A stretch of 64,000 nucleotides of DNA from an uncultured Fibrobacteraceae bacterium (GTDB lineage: Bacteria > Krumholzibacteriota > Krumholzibacteriia > LZORAL124-64-63), in the NCBI GenBank assembly GCA_964524645.1, contig CAZGEC010000009.1, positions 7,403 through 71,402 of the forward strand, given 5' to 3'. Shown in pieces: positions 37,183 to 47,672 of the stretch. The notes beneath the pieces were generated by a model. The model had not been told where the DNA came from. It made no database searches and was given only the letters and a program-made list of their open reading frames with translations. Position 1 is the stretch's first letter; each line of letters starts with the position of its first letter. Made by a program: the position numbers and the translations under genes.

Positions 37183-37947
37183 ATGCGCGCATTGTTGCTC
37201 ATGATGCTGGTCGGGCTGCTCCTGGCGGCCGTGCCGGTGTCGGCCGCTGGCCCTCTGACCGCGGTGGACACCGGCAAGAGTACGCTGGCTGTTCCGGCGG
37301 CCAAGGTGAGCGACCTGGAAGTCTGGTGCCAGATGCCCGAGCTGACGGACTGGGCCAAGATCGCCAGCCAGATCGACACCGCCTATCCATTCGACGCCGG
37401 TGCGGCCGATGACTACGAGTCGCCCACGGACTACGCGATCACCGAGATCAAGTGGTGGGGTGGCCAGTGGAACTACGACGGCTATCCTGGAGCGGCACCA
37501 CCCTGTACGCCCGATTACTTCGTCATCACCTTCTACATGTACGACGGTTGTGCGCCGCCGAATCCGGCTCCCGTGGCACCCGACTACCTCCCGCAGAATT
37601 ACTTCCACCAGGAAGTGCTCACGATGTGGGACGAGACGGTGCTGGATCCGGGCTACGATCTCCGCGAGTACCGCGCCAACATCGGCCCGGTGCTGCAGGA
37701 CGCCGATCGCACGTACTGGATCGAGATCCAGGCGGGGCTGAACTTCGATTCCTGCGGTCAGTGGGGCTGGTTGACCACGCTGGATCCCGCCTGGGGCTGC
37801 CTCTTGCAGCGCGGCTTCCCGGTGCTGGGCCAGCCGTACTGGTCGGGCGACCCGGATGACAACGGCGTCGCCTTCTGCCTGTACTCGGATCGGACCGTGG
37901 CCGCACAGGGCCAAACCTGGGGAGCGATCAAGAACCTTTACCGGTGA
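37183..37947 (+). CDS. Secreted Cys/Trp-rich protein, paralog B (C-terminal QTWGAIKNLYR)
   Basis: Signal peptide MRALLLMMLVGLLLAAVPVSAAG. Roughly 60% identical to paralog C across QIDTAYPFD, WWGGQWN, PDYFVITFY.YDGC.PP.PAPVAPDYLP.NY, GPVLQDA, TYWIEIQAGLNF, GQWGWL, QRGFPVLG.PYW, AFCLYSD. Confidence 0.7.
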   Translation: MRALLLMMLVGLLLAAVPVSAAGPLTAVDTGKSTLAVPAAKVSDLEVWCQMPELTDWAKIASQIDTAYPFDAGAADDYESPTDYAITEIKWWGGQWNYDGYPGAAPPCTPDYFVITFYMYDGCAPPNPAPVAPDYLPQNYFHQEVLTMWDETVLDPGYDLREYRANIGPVLQDADRTYWIEIQAGLNFDSCGQWGWLTTLDPAWGCLLQRGFPVLGQPYWSGDPDDNGVAFCLYSDRTVAAQGQTWGAIKNLYR

Positions 37948-38105
37948 TCGACGGCCAGAGGCTTCAGGTTGGCGGCGAGGGACCCGGATCCCTCGCCGCC
38001 GCCTTGTTTTTGATTTTATATTCCCAAATAGATTATATCGTGAGCGCCCGCGGGTCGGCGAGGGGGCCGTCGCGATATCGGGGCATCTCTATAAGCTCAA
38101 ATTGA

Positions 38106-38133
38106 TTGACAAATTATCCTGTTTGTGGATAGA
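38106..38133 (+). promoter_or_regulatory. sigma70-like promoter for paralog C
   Basis: TTGACA, 17 bp, then tgtGGATAGAGT. Same TGTGG-then-minus-10 arrangement as the other two. AT-rich island upstream (ttgtttttgattttatattcccaaatagattatatcg). Confidence 0.45.
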
Positions 38134-38193
38134 GTCAACTCCAGTGCGGCAGAGTCTGCATGTCCACCGATGTATGCTAGAAAGGAGCCCACC

Positions 38194-38946
38194 ATGCGCA
38201 GTATGAGAATGCTTCTGGTTTCGGTCGTCTTGCTCGCCGTCGCTGCCGGTCCGGCGCTGGCCGTCGATATCACCGGGGTGCAGACCGGTACGAGCGACAG
38301 CCATGCCTCCTACACGACGGGCGTGCGCGACATCACGGTCTGGTGCCAGGTGCCCGAGCTGGTGGACTGGGCCAAGCTCTCGAGCCAGATCGACACCGCC
38401 TATCCCTTCGACTCGGGATGTGCCGAGGACTACGTGTCCGCGACGGATTACGCGCTCACCTACGTGCAGTGGTGGGGCGGCAACTGGAACTTCAGCACCC
38501 TGGCCCAGCCCGATTACTTCGTGATCACCTTCTACCAGTACAGCGGCTGCACGCCGCCCGATCCGGCCCCGGTGGCGCCGGACTACCTGCCGAACAACTA
38601 CTACTACCAGACGATCGTCACCGACTACTCCGTGGTCACCCTGGATGCCGCCAACTCCATTTACGAGTACGGCGCCGACATCGGTCCGGTCCTGCAGGAC
38701 GCGGGGGCGACCTACTTCATCGAGATCCAGGCCGGCCTGATCTTCAACCCCTACGGACAGTGGGGCTGGTTGTCCACCTCCGATCCGCGCTACGGCTGCC
38801 GTATCCAGCGCGGTTTCCCCTTGCTGGGCAACCCCTACTGGTATCCCGACCCGGACTACAACGGAACTGCGTTCTGCCTCTACAGCGACCAGTCCGTGGC
38901 CACGCAGGCCGAGACCTTCGGCGCGGTCAAGAGCCTGTACCGGTAG
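38194..38946 (+). CDS. Secreted Cys/Trp-rich protein, paralog C (C-terminal ETFGAVKSLYR)
   Basis: AAAGGAG RBS. Signal peptide MRSMRMLLVSVVLLAVAAGPALA. See paralog B. Confidence 0.7.
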   Translation: MRSMRMLLVSVVLLAVAAGPALAVDITGVQTGTSDSHASYTTGVRDITVWCQVPELVDWAKLSSQIDTAYPFDSGCAEDYVSATDYALTYVQWWGGNWNFSTLAQPDYFVITFYQYSGCTPPDPAPVAPDYLPNNYYYQTIVTDYSVVTLDAANSIYEYGADIGPVLQDAGATYFIEIQAGLIFNPYGQWGWLSTSDPRYGCRIQRGFPLLGNPYWYPDPDYNGTAFCLYSDQSVATQAETFGAVKSLYR

Positions 38947-39137
38947 TCGCCGCCATCGTCGCACACCACGAGCGGAGAGGCCCCCGGCCTCTCCGCTCGC
39001 TGCGATGGCACCGCGGGGACGGGGCCGCAATTTCGCGGGGACACGGAATCTTGTATACTTAGGCCCGGATGCTCTGGCGGCGGCCGCGCATCGACGCGCT
39101 GGTCGCCGAACTCCCGCGACCGTGAACCTGGCGCACC

Positions 39138-41192
39138 ATGCCGGGGAGGCTGATGCCCGTGACCCGTCCCTGCCAGCTCTCGATCCTCGCCGCGCTCCTG
39201 CTGCTCGGTGCCGCCCTGCCGGCGGGCGGCATACCGGTGCCCCTGGCGCCCGTTTCCAATGCCGCGCCCACCAATCCTGCACGCGCGCGGCGGCAAGCCC
39301 GCTACCTCGAGGCGGAGACCAAGATTCGCCGGGGCGCCGAATGGGCTCTCGCCGGGAAGAGCGCCGCCGGCGCCAAGACCGCGAACATGGACCTCTACGA
39401 CGTGCTCCACTACGACATCGACCTGGCGCTGAATCCCGCAACCCGGCAGCTCACGGGCTCGGTGACCACCACCGCGCGGGTGACGGGTGCGACCTTGACG
39501 GTGCTGGACCTCTACCTGCGGGCCAACATGGCGATCGGCTCCGCGCTGTCCGGCGGCAGTCCGACCACCTACAGCCGCGCCGGGGACGTCCTGAGCGTGG
39601 ATCTCGACCGGACCTATGCCGCGGGCGAGCAGGTGACGGTGCGGATCGATTACAGCGGCGATCCGGAGGGGAGTGCCTTCGACTGGGGCCAGCACGGCGG
39701 CCAGCCGTTGATCTGGACGCTGAGCGAGCCCTTCGGGGCTCGTGACTGGTGGCCCTGCAAGGATCTGAACTCGGACAAGGCCGATTCGGTGGACCTGCAC
39801 GTCACGGTGCCGGCGGGGCTGATCGTGGCCTCCAACGGCCTGCTGGTCGCGGCGGTGGACCACGGCGCCACCCGCACCTTTCACTGGCACGAGAGCCATC
39901 CCATCGCCACCTACCTGGTGAGCCTCGCCATTCATCCCTACGCTACCTTCTCCGGCTGGTACCACTACGCGCCCGGCGACTCCATGGAGCTGCAGTACTA
40001 CGTCGTGCCCGACCGCCTCGCCCAGTCCCAGGCCGCCTACGCCCCGGTCCCGGACATGCTGGCGGCCTTCGCGGGCGGCTTCGGGGAGTACCCCTTCGTC
40101 ACGGAGAAGTACGGCCATGCCCACTTCGGCTGGGGCGGGGGCATGGAGCACCAGACCCTCACCAGCCTGTACTACGGCGCCTACAGCGAGGGGGTCATCG
40201 CTCACGAGCTGGCCCACCAGTGGTGGGGCGACCTGGTGACCTGCGCCGACTTCCATCACATCTGGCTGAACGAGGGCTTCGCCACCTGGGCGGAGGCCTA
40301 CTGGCGCGAGCAGAACGAGGGGATGGCCGCCTACCACGACGAGATGGCGGACGCGGCCTACTGGGGTCCCGGCACCATCTACGTGGAAGACACCTCGAGC
40401 TTCGGCGCCATCTTCGACTTCGACCTGAGCTACCAGAAGGCCTCGTGGGTGGTGCACATGCTGCGGCACGTGCTGGGGGACGCGGACTTCTTCGCCGCCC
40501 TGCTGGCCTACCGGGAGCAGTACGCCTACGGGAGCGCCACCACCGAGCAGTTCCGCGACGTCTGCGAAGACGTCTCGGGCCAGGACCTGGATGTCTTTTT
40601 CCAGCAGTGGATCTACGGCGAGTACTTCCCGCAGTATCGTTACAGCTGGTACGCCGCGCCCGCGGGGGATTCGACCAGGGTGAGCCTCCTGGTGCAACAG
40701 GTGCAGACCGCGGCCGGCCTCTTCCGGATGCCGCTGGACGTGCGCGTCACGACCGACGAGGGGGTTTTCCCCTTCGCGGTGCAGAACGGCGAGCTGGCGC
40801 GGGCCTACGCCCTGAACGTGGCGGGCATGGTCCAGCAGGTGGAACTGGATCCCGAGCACTGGGTGCTCGCGACCGTCACCCAGGGGACGGTGGATGCGCC
40901 GGTGCTCGCCCGGCTGCGCCCGCGGCTGCTGCCGGCTTACCCCAATCCCTTCAATCCGGCGACCACGGTCCGCTTCGAGCTGCCCGCCCCCCAGGAGATC
41001 GCCCTGCGCCTGTACGATCTGCAGGGCCGCCTGGTACGCACGCTGGCGGCGGGGAGCTACGGTGCGGGTCCGCACGCACTGCCCTGGGACGGCACCGACG
41101 ACACCGGGCGCCGGGTCGCCTCGGGGACCTACGTCCTGCGCCTGGAGGCCGGCAAGACCCTGGCCGCCAGCAAGTTGACCCTGCTCAAGTGA
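39138..41192 (+). CDS. M1-family zinc aminopeptidase (aminopeptidase N-like) with a T9SS-type C-terminal sorting domain
   Basis: HELAHQWWGD...LNEGFATWAE is the HExxH(x18)E motif. GAMEN-like GGMEH. C-terminal PNPFNPATTVRFELP...YDLQGRLVRTL...WDGTDDTGRRVASGTYVLRL...LTLLK matches the Por_Secre_tail/FlgD-Ig-like domain. Confidence 0.85.
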   Translation: MPGRLMPVTRPCQLSILAALLLLGAALPAGGIPVPLAPVSNAAPTNPARARRQARYLEAETKIRRGAEWALAGKSAAGAKTANMDLYDVLHYDIDLALNPATRQLTGSVTTTARVTGATLTVLDLYLRANMAIGSALSGGSPTTYSRAGDVLSVDLDRTYAAGEQVTVRIDYSGDPEGSAFDWGQHGGQPLIWTLSEPFGARDWWPCKDLNSDKADSVDLHVTVPAGLIVASNGLLVAAVDHGATRTFHWHESHPIATYLVSLAIHPYATFSGWYHYAPGDSMELQYYVVPDRLAQSQAAYAPVPDMLAAFAGGFGEYPFVTEKYGHAHFGWGGGMEHQTLTSLYYGAYSEGVIAHELAHQWWGDLVTCADFHHIWLNEGFATWAEAYWREQNEGMAAYHDEMADAAYWGPGTIYVEDTSSFGAIFDFDLSYQKASWVVHMLRHVLGDADFFAALLAYREQYAYGSATTEQFRDVCEDVSGQDLDVFFQQWIYGEYFPQYRYSWYAAPAGDSTRVSLLVQQVQTAAGLFRMPLDVRVTTDEGVFPFAVQNGELARAYALNVAGMVQQVELDPEHWVLATVTQGTVDAPVLARLRPRLLPAYPNPFNPATTVRFELPAPQEIALRLYDLQGRLVRTLAAGSYGAGPHALPWDGTDDTGRRVASGTYVLRLEAGKTLAASKLTLLK

Positions 41193-41376
41193 TACCTGCC
41201 GCGGACGCTTGTCCCCGGTTCCGGGCCGCAACCTGTCGTTCCCCAAAACTGCGGGTTGTGCTACAATGCCCGCGGGGAGGACTTCGTCTGCCGCGGCAAC
41301 GGATTCTGCATAGCCAGGAACGCGCGTCGCGCCATCCGGTCCGGGGTCCCGCGACCCCATGAGAAAGGGTCCTGCA

Positions 41377-44300
41377 ATGAAGAGATTCGCCGTTTTCGCT
41401 CTTCTCCTGTCGCTGCTGGCCGGCGCCGTCGCCGCCCGTGCGGGCGAGCTGACTCCCGGCTTGCAGGAGCAGATGCGCGGTCTCGCCGACAATGACGAGC
41501 TGAAGGTGCTCGTGGTCATGAAGGACCGCGTCGACATCGGTGCCCTGGACTGGGAGCTGCACCAGGCCAAGGTGCCGCGCTCGCTACGCCACCAGCGCGT
41601 CCTGGAAAGCCTCCAGGCTGCAGCCGAGCGCGCGCAGGCCGACCTGCTGGCCGATCTGACGAGCAAGCAGGGAGCCGGCGGCGTGCGTGGCTGGACGCCC
41701 CACTGGATCGTCAATGGCGTGGTGGTGCGGGCAACCGTCGCGGCCATCCGCGAGCTGGCGGCGCGACCGGACGTCGAGCGCATCGAGGCGGATCTCGTGG
41801 TGGAGCTGATCGAACCCGTGGCCCAGGCCGCGGCCAAATCGGACAAGGGCATCGGCCTCTGCGACGGCGTGCACGCCGTCCAGGCGGACCGCGTCTGGCG
41901 GGAGCTCGGCGTCACCGGCGTTGGAGCGATCGTGGGCAACCTGGATACCGGCGTGGACGGAAGCCACCCCGCCTTCTCCGCGCGCTGGCGCGGGCACTTC
42001 GCGCCGGCGGAGCAGTGCTGGCTGGATGCGGCCGACTTCGGCGATCCCACGCCCGTGGACCACCACTATCATGGCACCCACGTCATGGGCACCATGACCG
42101 GCCTGGCCCCCGATGACACCATCGGTATCGCGCCCGGGGCGCTGTGGATCGCCAGCAACGTGATCAACCAGGGAACCGGCAGCGAGTTCGACAACGACGT
42201 CATCGCCAGCCTGGAGTGGATGGCGGACCCCGACGGGAACCCGGCCACCCTGGACGACGTGCCTGACGTGGTGCAGAACAGCTGGGGCGTGAACGAGGGC
42301 TTCAGCGGTTACTACGACTGCGACAGCCGCTGGTGGGACGCCATCGATGGTTGCGAGGCGGCGGGGGTGGTCCTGACCTGGTCGGCAGGCAACGAGGGCG
42401 AAGACGGCCCCATGACCATGCGCAGCCCCGCCGATCGGGCGGCCTCGCCCACCAACGCCTTCAGCGTGGGCTCGACGATCCGCGTGCCGCCGTACACGAT
42501 CAGCAGCTTCTCCAGCCGCGGGCCCTCGGGTTGCGGCGGTGAGTACGCCACGAAGCCCGAGGTGGTCGCGCCCGGCAGCGACATCTACAGCGCCCAGCCG
42601 GGCGGCGGCTACCAGTACCTGAGCGGCACCTCCATGGCCGGGCCCCACGTGGCCGGCGTGGTGGCGCTCATGCGCAGCGCCAATCCCGACGTAGACGTGA
42701 TCACCGTCAAGGAGATCCTGATGGCCACGGCCACGGATCTGGGCCCGGCCGGCGAGGAGAACACCTACGGACACGGTCTCGTCAATGCCTACGAGGCGGT
42801 GCTGGCGGTGATGGGCGGCCTCGGTGCCGTCGAGGGAACGGTCACCGACGCCAGCACGAGCCTGCCCCTGGCCGGTGTGCTGGTGCGTGACGTGGGCGGG
42901 TACAATACCCGCACCACCGGCGCCGACGGAGCCTACAGCATGGTGCTGACCGCCGGCGACCACACCCTGTCCTTCAGCGCCTTCGGCTACCTGGGCGACT
43001 CCAGGGTGTTCAGTCTGGCCGAGGCGGAGACGCTCACGTTGGACGTGGCCCTGGCGCCGGCGCCGACCGCCACGCTCTCCGGTCACGTCTACGATCCGGA
43101 AGGGGATCCGGTCGCGGGCGCCACGGTCACGGTGCTCGATACACCCCTGACGCCCGCGGTGACCGATCCGTCCGGCTACTACGAGATCGTCATGCCGACG
43201 GGGGCGACCTACGAGGTGCGCGCCCGCGCCAACGGTCTCGGCGCCGAGCAGGTCACCGTGGTCTTCGACGGCGACCTCGAGCAGGACTTCCACCTGCCCA
43301 TTCTCTACGCCGAGGACTTCGAGAGCGGCAACTTCCTCGTCTTCCCCTGGGAGATGAGCGGCGTCGCCGACTGGGTCATCGATACAGCCGATCCGTACGA
43401 GGGGGCCGATTGCGCCAAGTCCGGCGCCATCAGTCACAACCAGGAAACGGTCATGTCCGTGACCCTGGACGTCGTGGCGGGAGGCGATATCAAGTTCTAC
43501 TACAAGGTCTCTTCCGAGAGCGGCTACGACTACCTGCGCTTCTTGATCGACGGCTCCGAGGCCCAGAGCTGGTCCGGCACGGTGGCCTGGGCCCTCGCCA
43601 CCTTCCCCGTGGACGTGGGGACGCACACCTTCACCTGGAAGTACACCAAGGACGGCTCGGTCTCCAGCGGCAGCGACGCCGCCTGGGTGGACTTCGTCGA
43701 GTTCCCGACCATCGTCCCACCGCAGTATCCGCAGATGATCTGCTCGCCGCTGAGCTTCGAGGTCACCCTCGCCCCCGGGTCCTCGATGACCCGGCTGCTG
43801 TCCCTGGCCAACCACGGCGGGGCGGCTCTCGATTTCCTGGCCACGGTGGCCGAGGCCGTCAAGTCGCGGCCCGTTGCGACGGTCGGCAAGCCGGCCCCGG
43901 AGCTGCCCAAGGATGCGGTCGACACGCGGCCGGGCGTCGCCGCCGAGAAGGGAGCCGGCGGTCCTGATGAGTTCGGGTATTACTGGAAGGACAGCGACGA
44001 GCCGGGCGGACCGTCCTACGACTGGGTCGAGATCAACGGTGTCGGCAGTGTGGTCGGGTCCGGCGACGACTCCAACCACGGGCCCTTCGACATCGGTTTC
44101 CCCTTCCAGTACTACGGCGACTTCTACAGCAGCGTCCGGGTCTGCACCAACGGCTGGGTTTCCTTCACCTCCAGCTCCACCAGCTACACCAACAACCCGA
44201 TCCCGAACGCCGGCGATCCGAACAACCTGCTCGCCATCTTCTGGGACGACCTGAATCCCAACGACGGCGGCACCATCTACTACTACCAGGACACGGCGAA

Positions 44301-45039
44301 CGAGCGGTTCATCGTGGAATGGGACGGGGTGCCCCACTACTCGACCAGCCACAACGGGCCGCCGGTGACCTTCGAGGTGATCCTGAACATCGACGGCAGC
44401 ATCGTCTACCAGTACCAGACGACGGCCATCGTCAACGAGTGCACGGTCGGCATCGAGGACGCCGCGGGGGCCGACGGCCTGCAGGTGGTCTTCGATGCCG
44501 CCTACCTGCACGACGACCTGGCCATCCGCTTCGCCGCCGAGTCGCCCGTGCCCTGGCTGAGCCTGGATCAGCAGATCGGCACGGTGCCCCCCGGCGGCAA
44601 GCTCGATCTGCATGTCTTCTTCGACGCCGCGGACATGGCCGCGGGCAGCTATGCCGCCCGGATCCTGCTCGCCAGCAACGATCCCTCGGTCATCGCCATG
44701 GAGATCCCCGTGACCCTCCTGGTGGACGACCTCTCGGCGGCCGGAGAGGGGAGCATCCCGGAGATCATGACCCTGGAGACGCCTTACCCCAACCCGTTCA
44801 ATCCGCAGACGATCATTCCCTTCCGCCTGCCGCAGACCATGCGGGTGGAGCTGCGGATCTACGACCTGGCCGGACGCCTGGTTCGCACCCTGATCGACGG
44901 CCCGCGCGCGGCCGGCCCGAACCAGATCCTCTGGGACGGCACCGATGCCCGGGGTCGCTCCGTGGCCTCGGGTACCTACTACGCCCGCTTGATCGCCGGC
45001 GAGCAGGTCCAGGTGCGTCCCCTGGTCCTGGTGCGCTAG
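41377..45039 (+). CDS. Subtilisin-like (S8) serine protease, large multidomain, with a T9SS-type C-terminal sorting domain
   Basis: Catalytic triad DTGVD, HGTHVMGT, GTSMAGPHVAGV. Additional carboxypeptidase-regulatory-like/beta-sandwich modules. C-terminal PYPNPFNPQT..IYDLAGRLVRTL..WDGTDARGRSVASGTYYARL..LVLVR. Alternative start at 41359. Confidence 0.85.
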   Translation: MKRFAVFALLLSLLAGAVAARAGELTPGLQEQMRGLADNDELKVLVVMKDRVDIGALDWELHQAKVPRSLRHQRVLESLQAAAERAQADLLADLTSKQGAGGVRGWTPHWIVNGVVVRATVAAIRELAARPDVERIEADLVVELIEPVAQAAAKSDKGIGLCDGVHAVQADRVWRELGVTGVGAIVGNLDTGVDGSHPAFSARWRGHFAPAEQCWLDAADFGDPTPVDHHYHGTHVMGTMTGLAPDDTIGIAPGALWIASNVINQGTGSEFDNDVIASLEWMADPDGNPATLDDVPDVVQNSWGVNEGFSGYYDCDSRWWDAIDGCEAAGVVLTWSAGNEGEDGPMTMRSPADRAASPTNAFSVGSTIRVPPYTISSFSSRGPSGCGGEYATKPEVVAPGSDIYSAQPGGGYQYLSGTSMAGPHVAGVVALMRSANPDVDVITVKEILMATATDLGPAGEENTYGHGLVNAYEAVLAVMGGLGAVEGTVTDASTSLPLAGVLVRDVGGYNTRTTGADGAYSMVLTAGDHTLSFSAFGYLGDSRVFSLAEAETLTLDVALAPAPTATLSGHVYDPEGDPVAGATVTVLDTPLTPAVTDPSGYYEIVMPTGATYEVRARANGLGAEQVTVVFDGDLEQDFHLPILYAEDFESGNFLVFPWEMSGVADWVIDTADPYEGADCAKSGAISHNQETVMSVTLDVVAGGDIKFYYKVSSESGYDYLRFLIDGSEAQSWSGTVAWALATFPVDVGTHTFTWKYTKDGSVSSGSDAAWVDFVEFPTIVPPQYPQMICSPLSFEVTLAPGSSMTRLLSLANHGGAALDFLATVAEAVKSRPVATVGKPAPELPKDAVDTRPGVAAEKGAGGPDEFGYYWKDSDEPGGPSYDWVEINGVGSVVGSGDDSNHGPFDIGFPFQYYGDFYSSVRVCTNGWVSFTSSSTSYTNNPIPNAGDPNNLLAIFWDDLNPNDGGTIYYYQDTANERFIVEWDGVPHYSTSHNGPPVTFEVILNIDGSIVYQYQTTAIVNECTVGIEDAAGADGLQVVFDAAYLHDDLAIRFAAESPVPWLSLDQQIGTVPPGGKLDLHVFFDAADMAAGSYAARILLASNDPSVIAMEIPVTLLVDDLSAAGEGSIPEIMTLETPYPNPFNPQTIIPFRLPQTMRVELRIYDLAGRLVRTLIDGPRAAGPNQILWDGTDARGRSVASGTYYARLIAGEQVQVRPLVLVR

Positions 45040-45142
45040 CTTTTCGGCCTTCCCCCGGGAGCCCGCCGGCGCTAACGTCGTCGGCGGGCTCCCGCCCGCC
45101 GGATCTCCTCGCTCACGGGAGGCCGTCCTGCTCTACCTGATC

Positions 45143-46012
45143 GTGGCATCCTTGCTGTGGTCCTTCTCCTTCGGCCTGATCAAGGGGAACCTGAGCGGCT
45201 ACGATCCCCTGCTCGTCGCCTTTCTGCGCCTGGCGATCTCGGCGGCGGCTTTCCTGCCCTGGCTCCTGCGGACCCGGGTGGCGCCGGGACTGGCTGGCCG
45301 GGCGGCCGCGCTCGGGGCGCTGCAGTTCGGGACGATGTACGCCCTCTACATCGCTTCCTATCGCTACCTGCCGGCCTACGGGGTGGCCTTCTTCACCATC
45401 TTCACGCCTCTCTACGTCGTGCTCCTGGACGATCTCGCCCGCCGGCGCTGGGCCTCCCGCCACCTGCTGGCGGCCCTGCTGGCCGTGGCGGGCGGCGGCC
45501 TCGTGCTGGCGCGCGCGGCGACGGGAGGAAGCGCGGTGACCGGCGTCGTCCTGCTCCAGGGAGCCAACCTCTGCTTCGCGGCCGGCCAGCTCGGCTATCG
45601 CCATCTCGTGCGCGGCGCGGGGGTCGCTCGTCCGCCGGAGGCCGCGCTGCTGGGATGGATGTATCTTGGGTCCGTGGCCTGGACCGGGCCGCTGGCCCTC
45701 GTGCTCGGCCGGGGCGGCGCGCCAGGGGGTGGCGGCGCCTGGCTGGTCCTGCTCTACCTGGGCCTCGTGCCCACCGGACTCGGCTTCTACCTGTGGAACA
45801 AGGGCGCCGCCCGCGCGACGGCCGGCGCGCTGGCGGTCTGCAACAACCTGAAGATCCCGCTGGCCGTGCTGGTGGCCTGGCTGGTCTTCGGCGAGAAGGC
45901 CGCCTACGTGCGCGTCCTCGCCGCTCTGGTGATCATCGTGGCCGCCCTGTTCGTCGCCAACGTCCGCAGTCCCGTGGAGGAATCTGATCGTCTCGGTGCG
46001 GGAGGGAATTGA
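45143..46012 (+). CDS. EamA/DMT-family transporter
   Basis: Ten predicted TM helices in two EamA repeats. The true start is probably upstream of GTG 45143 ([11 protein letters not shown] looks like TM1) and may be non-ATG. Confidence 0.7.
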   Translation: MASLLWSFSFGLIKGNLSGYDPLLVAFLRLAISAAAFLPWLLRTRVAPGLAGRAAALGALQFGTMYALYIASYRYLPAYGVAFFTIFTPLYVVLLDDLARRRWASRHLLAALLAVAGGGLVLARAATGGSAVTGVVLLQGANLCFAAGQLGYRHLVRGAGVARPPEAALLGWMYLGSVAWTGPLALVLGRGGAPGGGGAWLVLLYLGLVPTGLGFYLWNKGAARATAGALAVCNNLKIPLAVLVAWLVFGEKAAYVRVLAALVIIVAALFVANVRSPVEESDRLGAGGN

Positions 46013-46013
46013 C

Positions 46014-47594
46014 ATGGTGGATCTGTCCTATCTGGGTATCGCGAACGTCGACGAGATCTTTCACAACCTGTCCACGCCGGCTCTCGTGGAGGAGGCGGTC
46101 CGCCGGCGGGAAGGCCACCTGGCGCACCTGGGGCCGCTGGTCACCCGCACCGGCCACTACACCGGCCGCTCGGCCGAGGACAAGTTCGTGGTGCGCGAGC
46201 CTGGCAGCGAGGAGAGGATCTGGTGGGGGCAGCACAACAAGCCGATGGAGCCGGAGCACTTCGAACGTCTCAGGATCCGCCTGCAGGCCTACCTGCAGGG
46301 ACGCGATGTCTTCGTCCAGGATTGCTACGCGGGGGCTGATCCCGAGTACCGCCTGCGAGTGCGGGTCCTCACCGAGACCGCCTGGCACAACATGTTCGTC
46401 CGCAACATGTTCATCCGGGAGCTGGACCGGGACGTCCTGGAGAAGTTCGAGCCGGACTTCACGGTCCTGCACTGCCCCAACTTCCAGGCCATCCCCGCGC
46501 TCGACAACACGCACAGCGAGGCCTTCATCCTCCTGAACTTCGGCGAGCGCAGCGTCGTCATCGGCGGCACCAGCTACGCCGGCGAGATCAAGAAATCCAT
46601 CTTCACGGTCATGAACTACCTGCTGCCCCAGCGCGGCGTGCTCGGCATGCACTGCTCGGCCAACAGAGGCGCCGGCGGCGACGTCGCCCTCTTCTTCGGT
46701 CTTTCCGGGACCGGCAAGACCACCCTCTCCTCGGAGGCCGACCGCGCCTTGATCGGCGACGACGAGCACGGCTGGAGCGACCGGGGCATCTTCAACTTCG
46801 AGGGGGGATGCTACGCCAAGGTCATCCGCCTTTCGGCGGAGGCGGAACCGGAGATCTACGAGACCACGCGGCGCTTCGGCACCATCCTCGAGAACGTGGC
46901 CATGCATTCGCAGACGCGGCACATCGACCTGGACGATGCCACGCTGGCCGAGAACACCCGCGCCGCCTATCCGATCACCCACCTGCCGAACATCGTGGAG
47001 GAGGGCCGGAGCGATCATCCGCACAACATCGTCCTGCTGACCGCCGACGCCTTCGGCGTCCTGCCGCCCATCGCCAGGCTCACCCCCGCCCAGGCCATGT
47101 ACCATTTCCTGTCCGGTTACACGGCCAAGGTGGCGGGCACGGAGCGAGGGATCACCGAGCCGAAGGCCACCTTCAGCGCCTGCTTCGGCGCGCCGTTCAT
47201 GGCCCTTCACCCCACGGTCTACGCCGATCTGTTCGGCAAGAAGATCGCCAAGCACGCCGCGAACTGCTGGCTGGTGAACACCGGCTGGACCGGCGGGCCT
47301 CACGGCACCGGGCATCGCATGGAAATCCGCCACACCCGGGCCATGCTGCGGGCCGCGCTCTCCGGACAGCTGGACGACGTGGGCTACCTGACCGATCCCA
47401 TCTTCAAGGTGGCGGTGCCGCAGCACTGCCCCGAGGTCCCGGCGGAGGTGCTGCAGCCGCGCGAGACCTGGCGGGACAAGGCGGCCTACGACGCGAAGGC
47501 GCGGGAGCTAGCCGGTCGCTTCGCCGAGAACTTCGCGCACTTCGCCACCGAGGCCTCGCCCGAGGTGCAGGCGGCGGGCCCGGTGGTGGGCTGA
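46014..47594 (+). CDS. pckA: Phosphoenolpyruvate carboxykinase (ATP)
   Basis: [11 protein letters not shown] kinase-1a loop, other PckA-specific segments, GGAGGG RBS. Confidence 0.9.
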   Translation: MVDLSYLGIANVDEIFHNLSTPALVEEAVRRREGHLAHLGPLVTRTGHYTGRSAEDKFVVREPGSEERIWWGQHNKPMEPEHFERLRIRLQAYLQGRDVFVQDCYAGADPEYRLRVRVLTETAWHNMFVRNMFIRELDRDVLEKFEPDFTVLHCPNFQAIPALDNTHSEAFILLNFGERSVVIGGTSYAGEIKKSIFTVMNYLLPQRGVLGMHCSANRGAGGDVALFFGLSGTGKTTLSSEADRALIGDDEHGWSDRGIFNFEGGCYAKVIRLSAEAEPEIYETTRRFGTILENVAMHSQTRHIDLDDATLAENTRAAYPITHLPNIVEEGRSDHPHNIVLLTADAFGVLPPIARLTPAQAMYHFLSGYTAKVAGTERGITEPKATFSACFGAPFMALHPTVYADLFGKKIAKHAANCWLVNTGWTGGPHGTGHRMEIRHTRAMLRAALSGQLDDVGYLTDPIFKVAVPQHCPEVPAEVLQPRETWRDKAAYDAKARELAGRFAENFAHFATEASPEVQAAGPVVG

Positions 47595-47619
47595 TCCCGC
47601 CGCCGGCCACGACGACGGA

Positions 47620-47650
47620 GGGCGCGGCCCCCGCGGCCGCGCCCTCCCGT
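47620..47650. terminator. Bidirectional hairpin between convergent pckA and the prolyl oligopeptidase gene
   Basis: ggagggcgcggcc-cccgc-ggccgcgccctcc. Confidence 0.45.
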
Positions 47651-47672
47651 GAACCGGCAGCCCCGCCGCGCA

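Noticed and set aside
38880-44613. Two >1000-aa minus-strand ORFs (38880..42050, 41584..44613)
   Set aside because: Antisense to the M1 peptidase and S8 protease genes, which have unambiguous catalytic motifs on the plus strand.
45057-45094. Hairpin gggagcccgccg...cggcgggctccc after the S8 protease gene as a terminator
   Set aside because: Plausible, but the EamA gene immediately downstream appears to need a start upstream of 45143, possibly overlapping this hairpin. Unresolved, so not reported as a feature.
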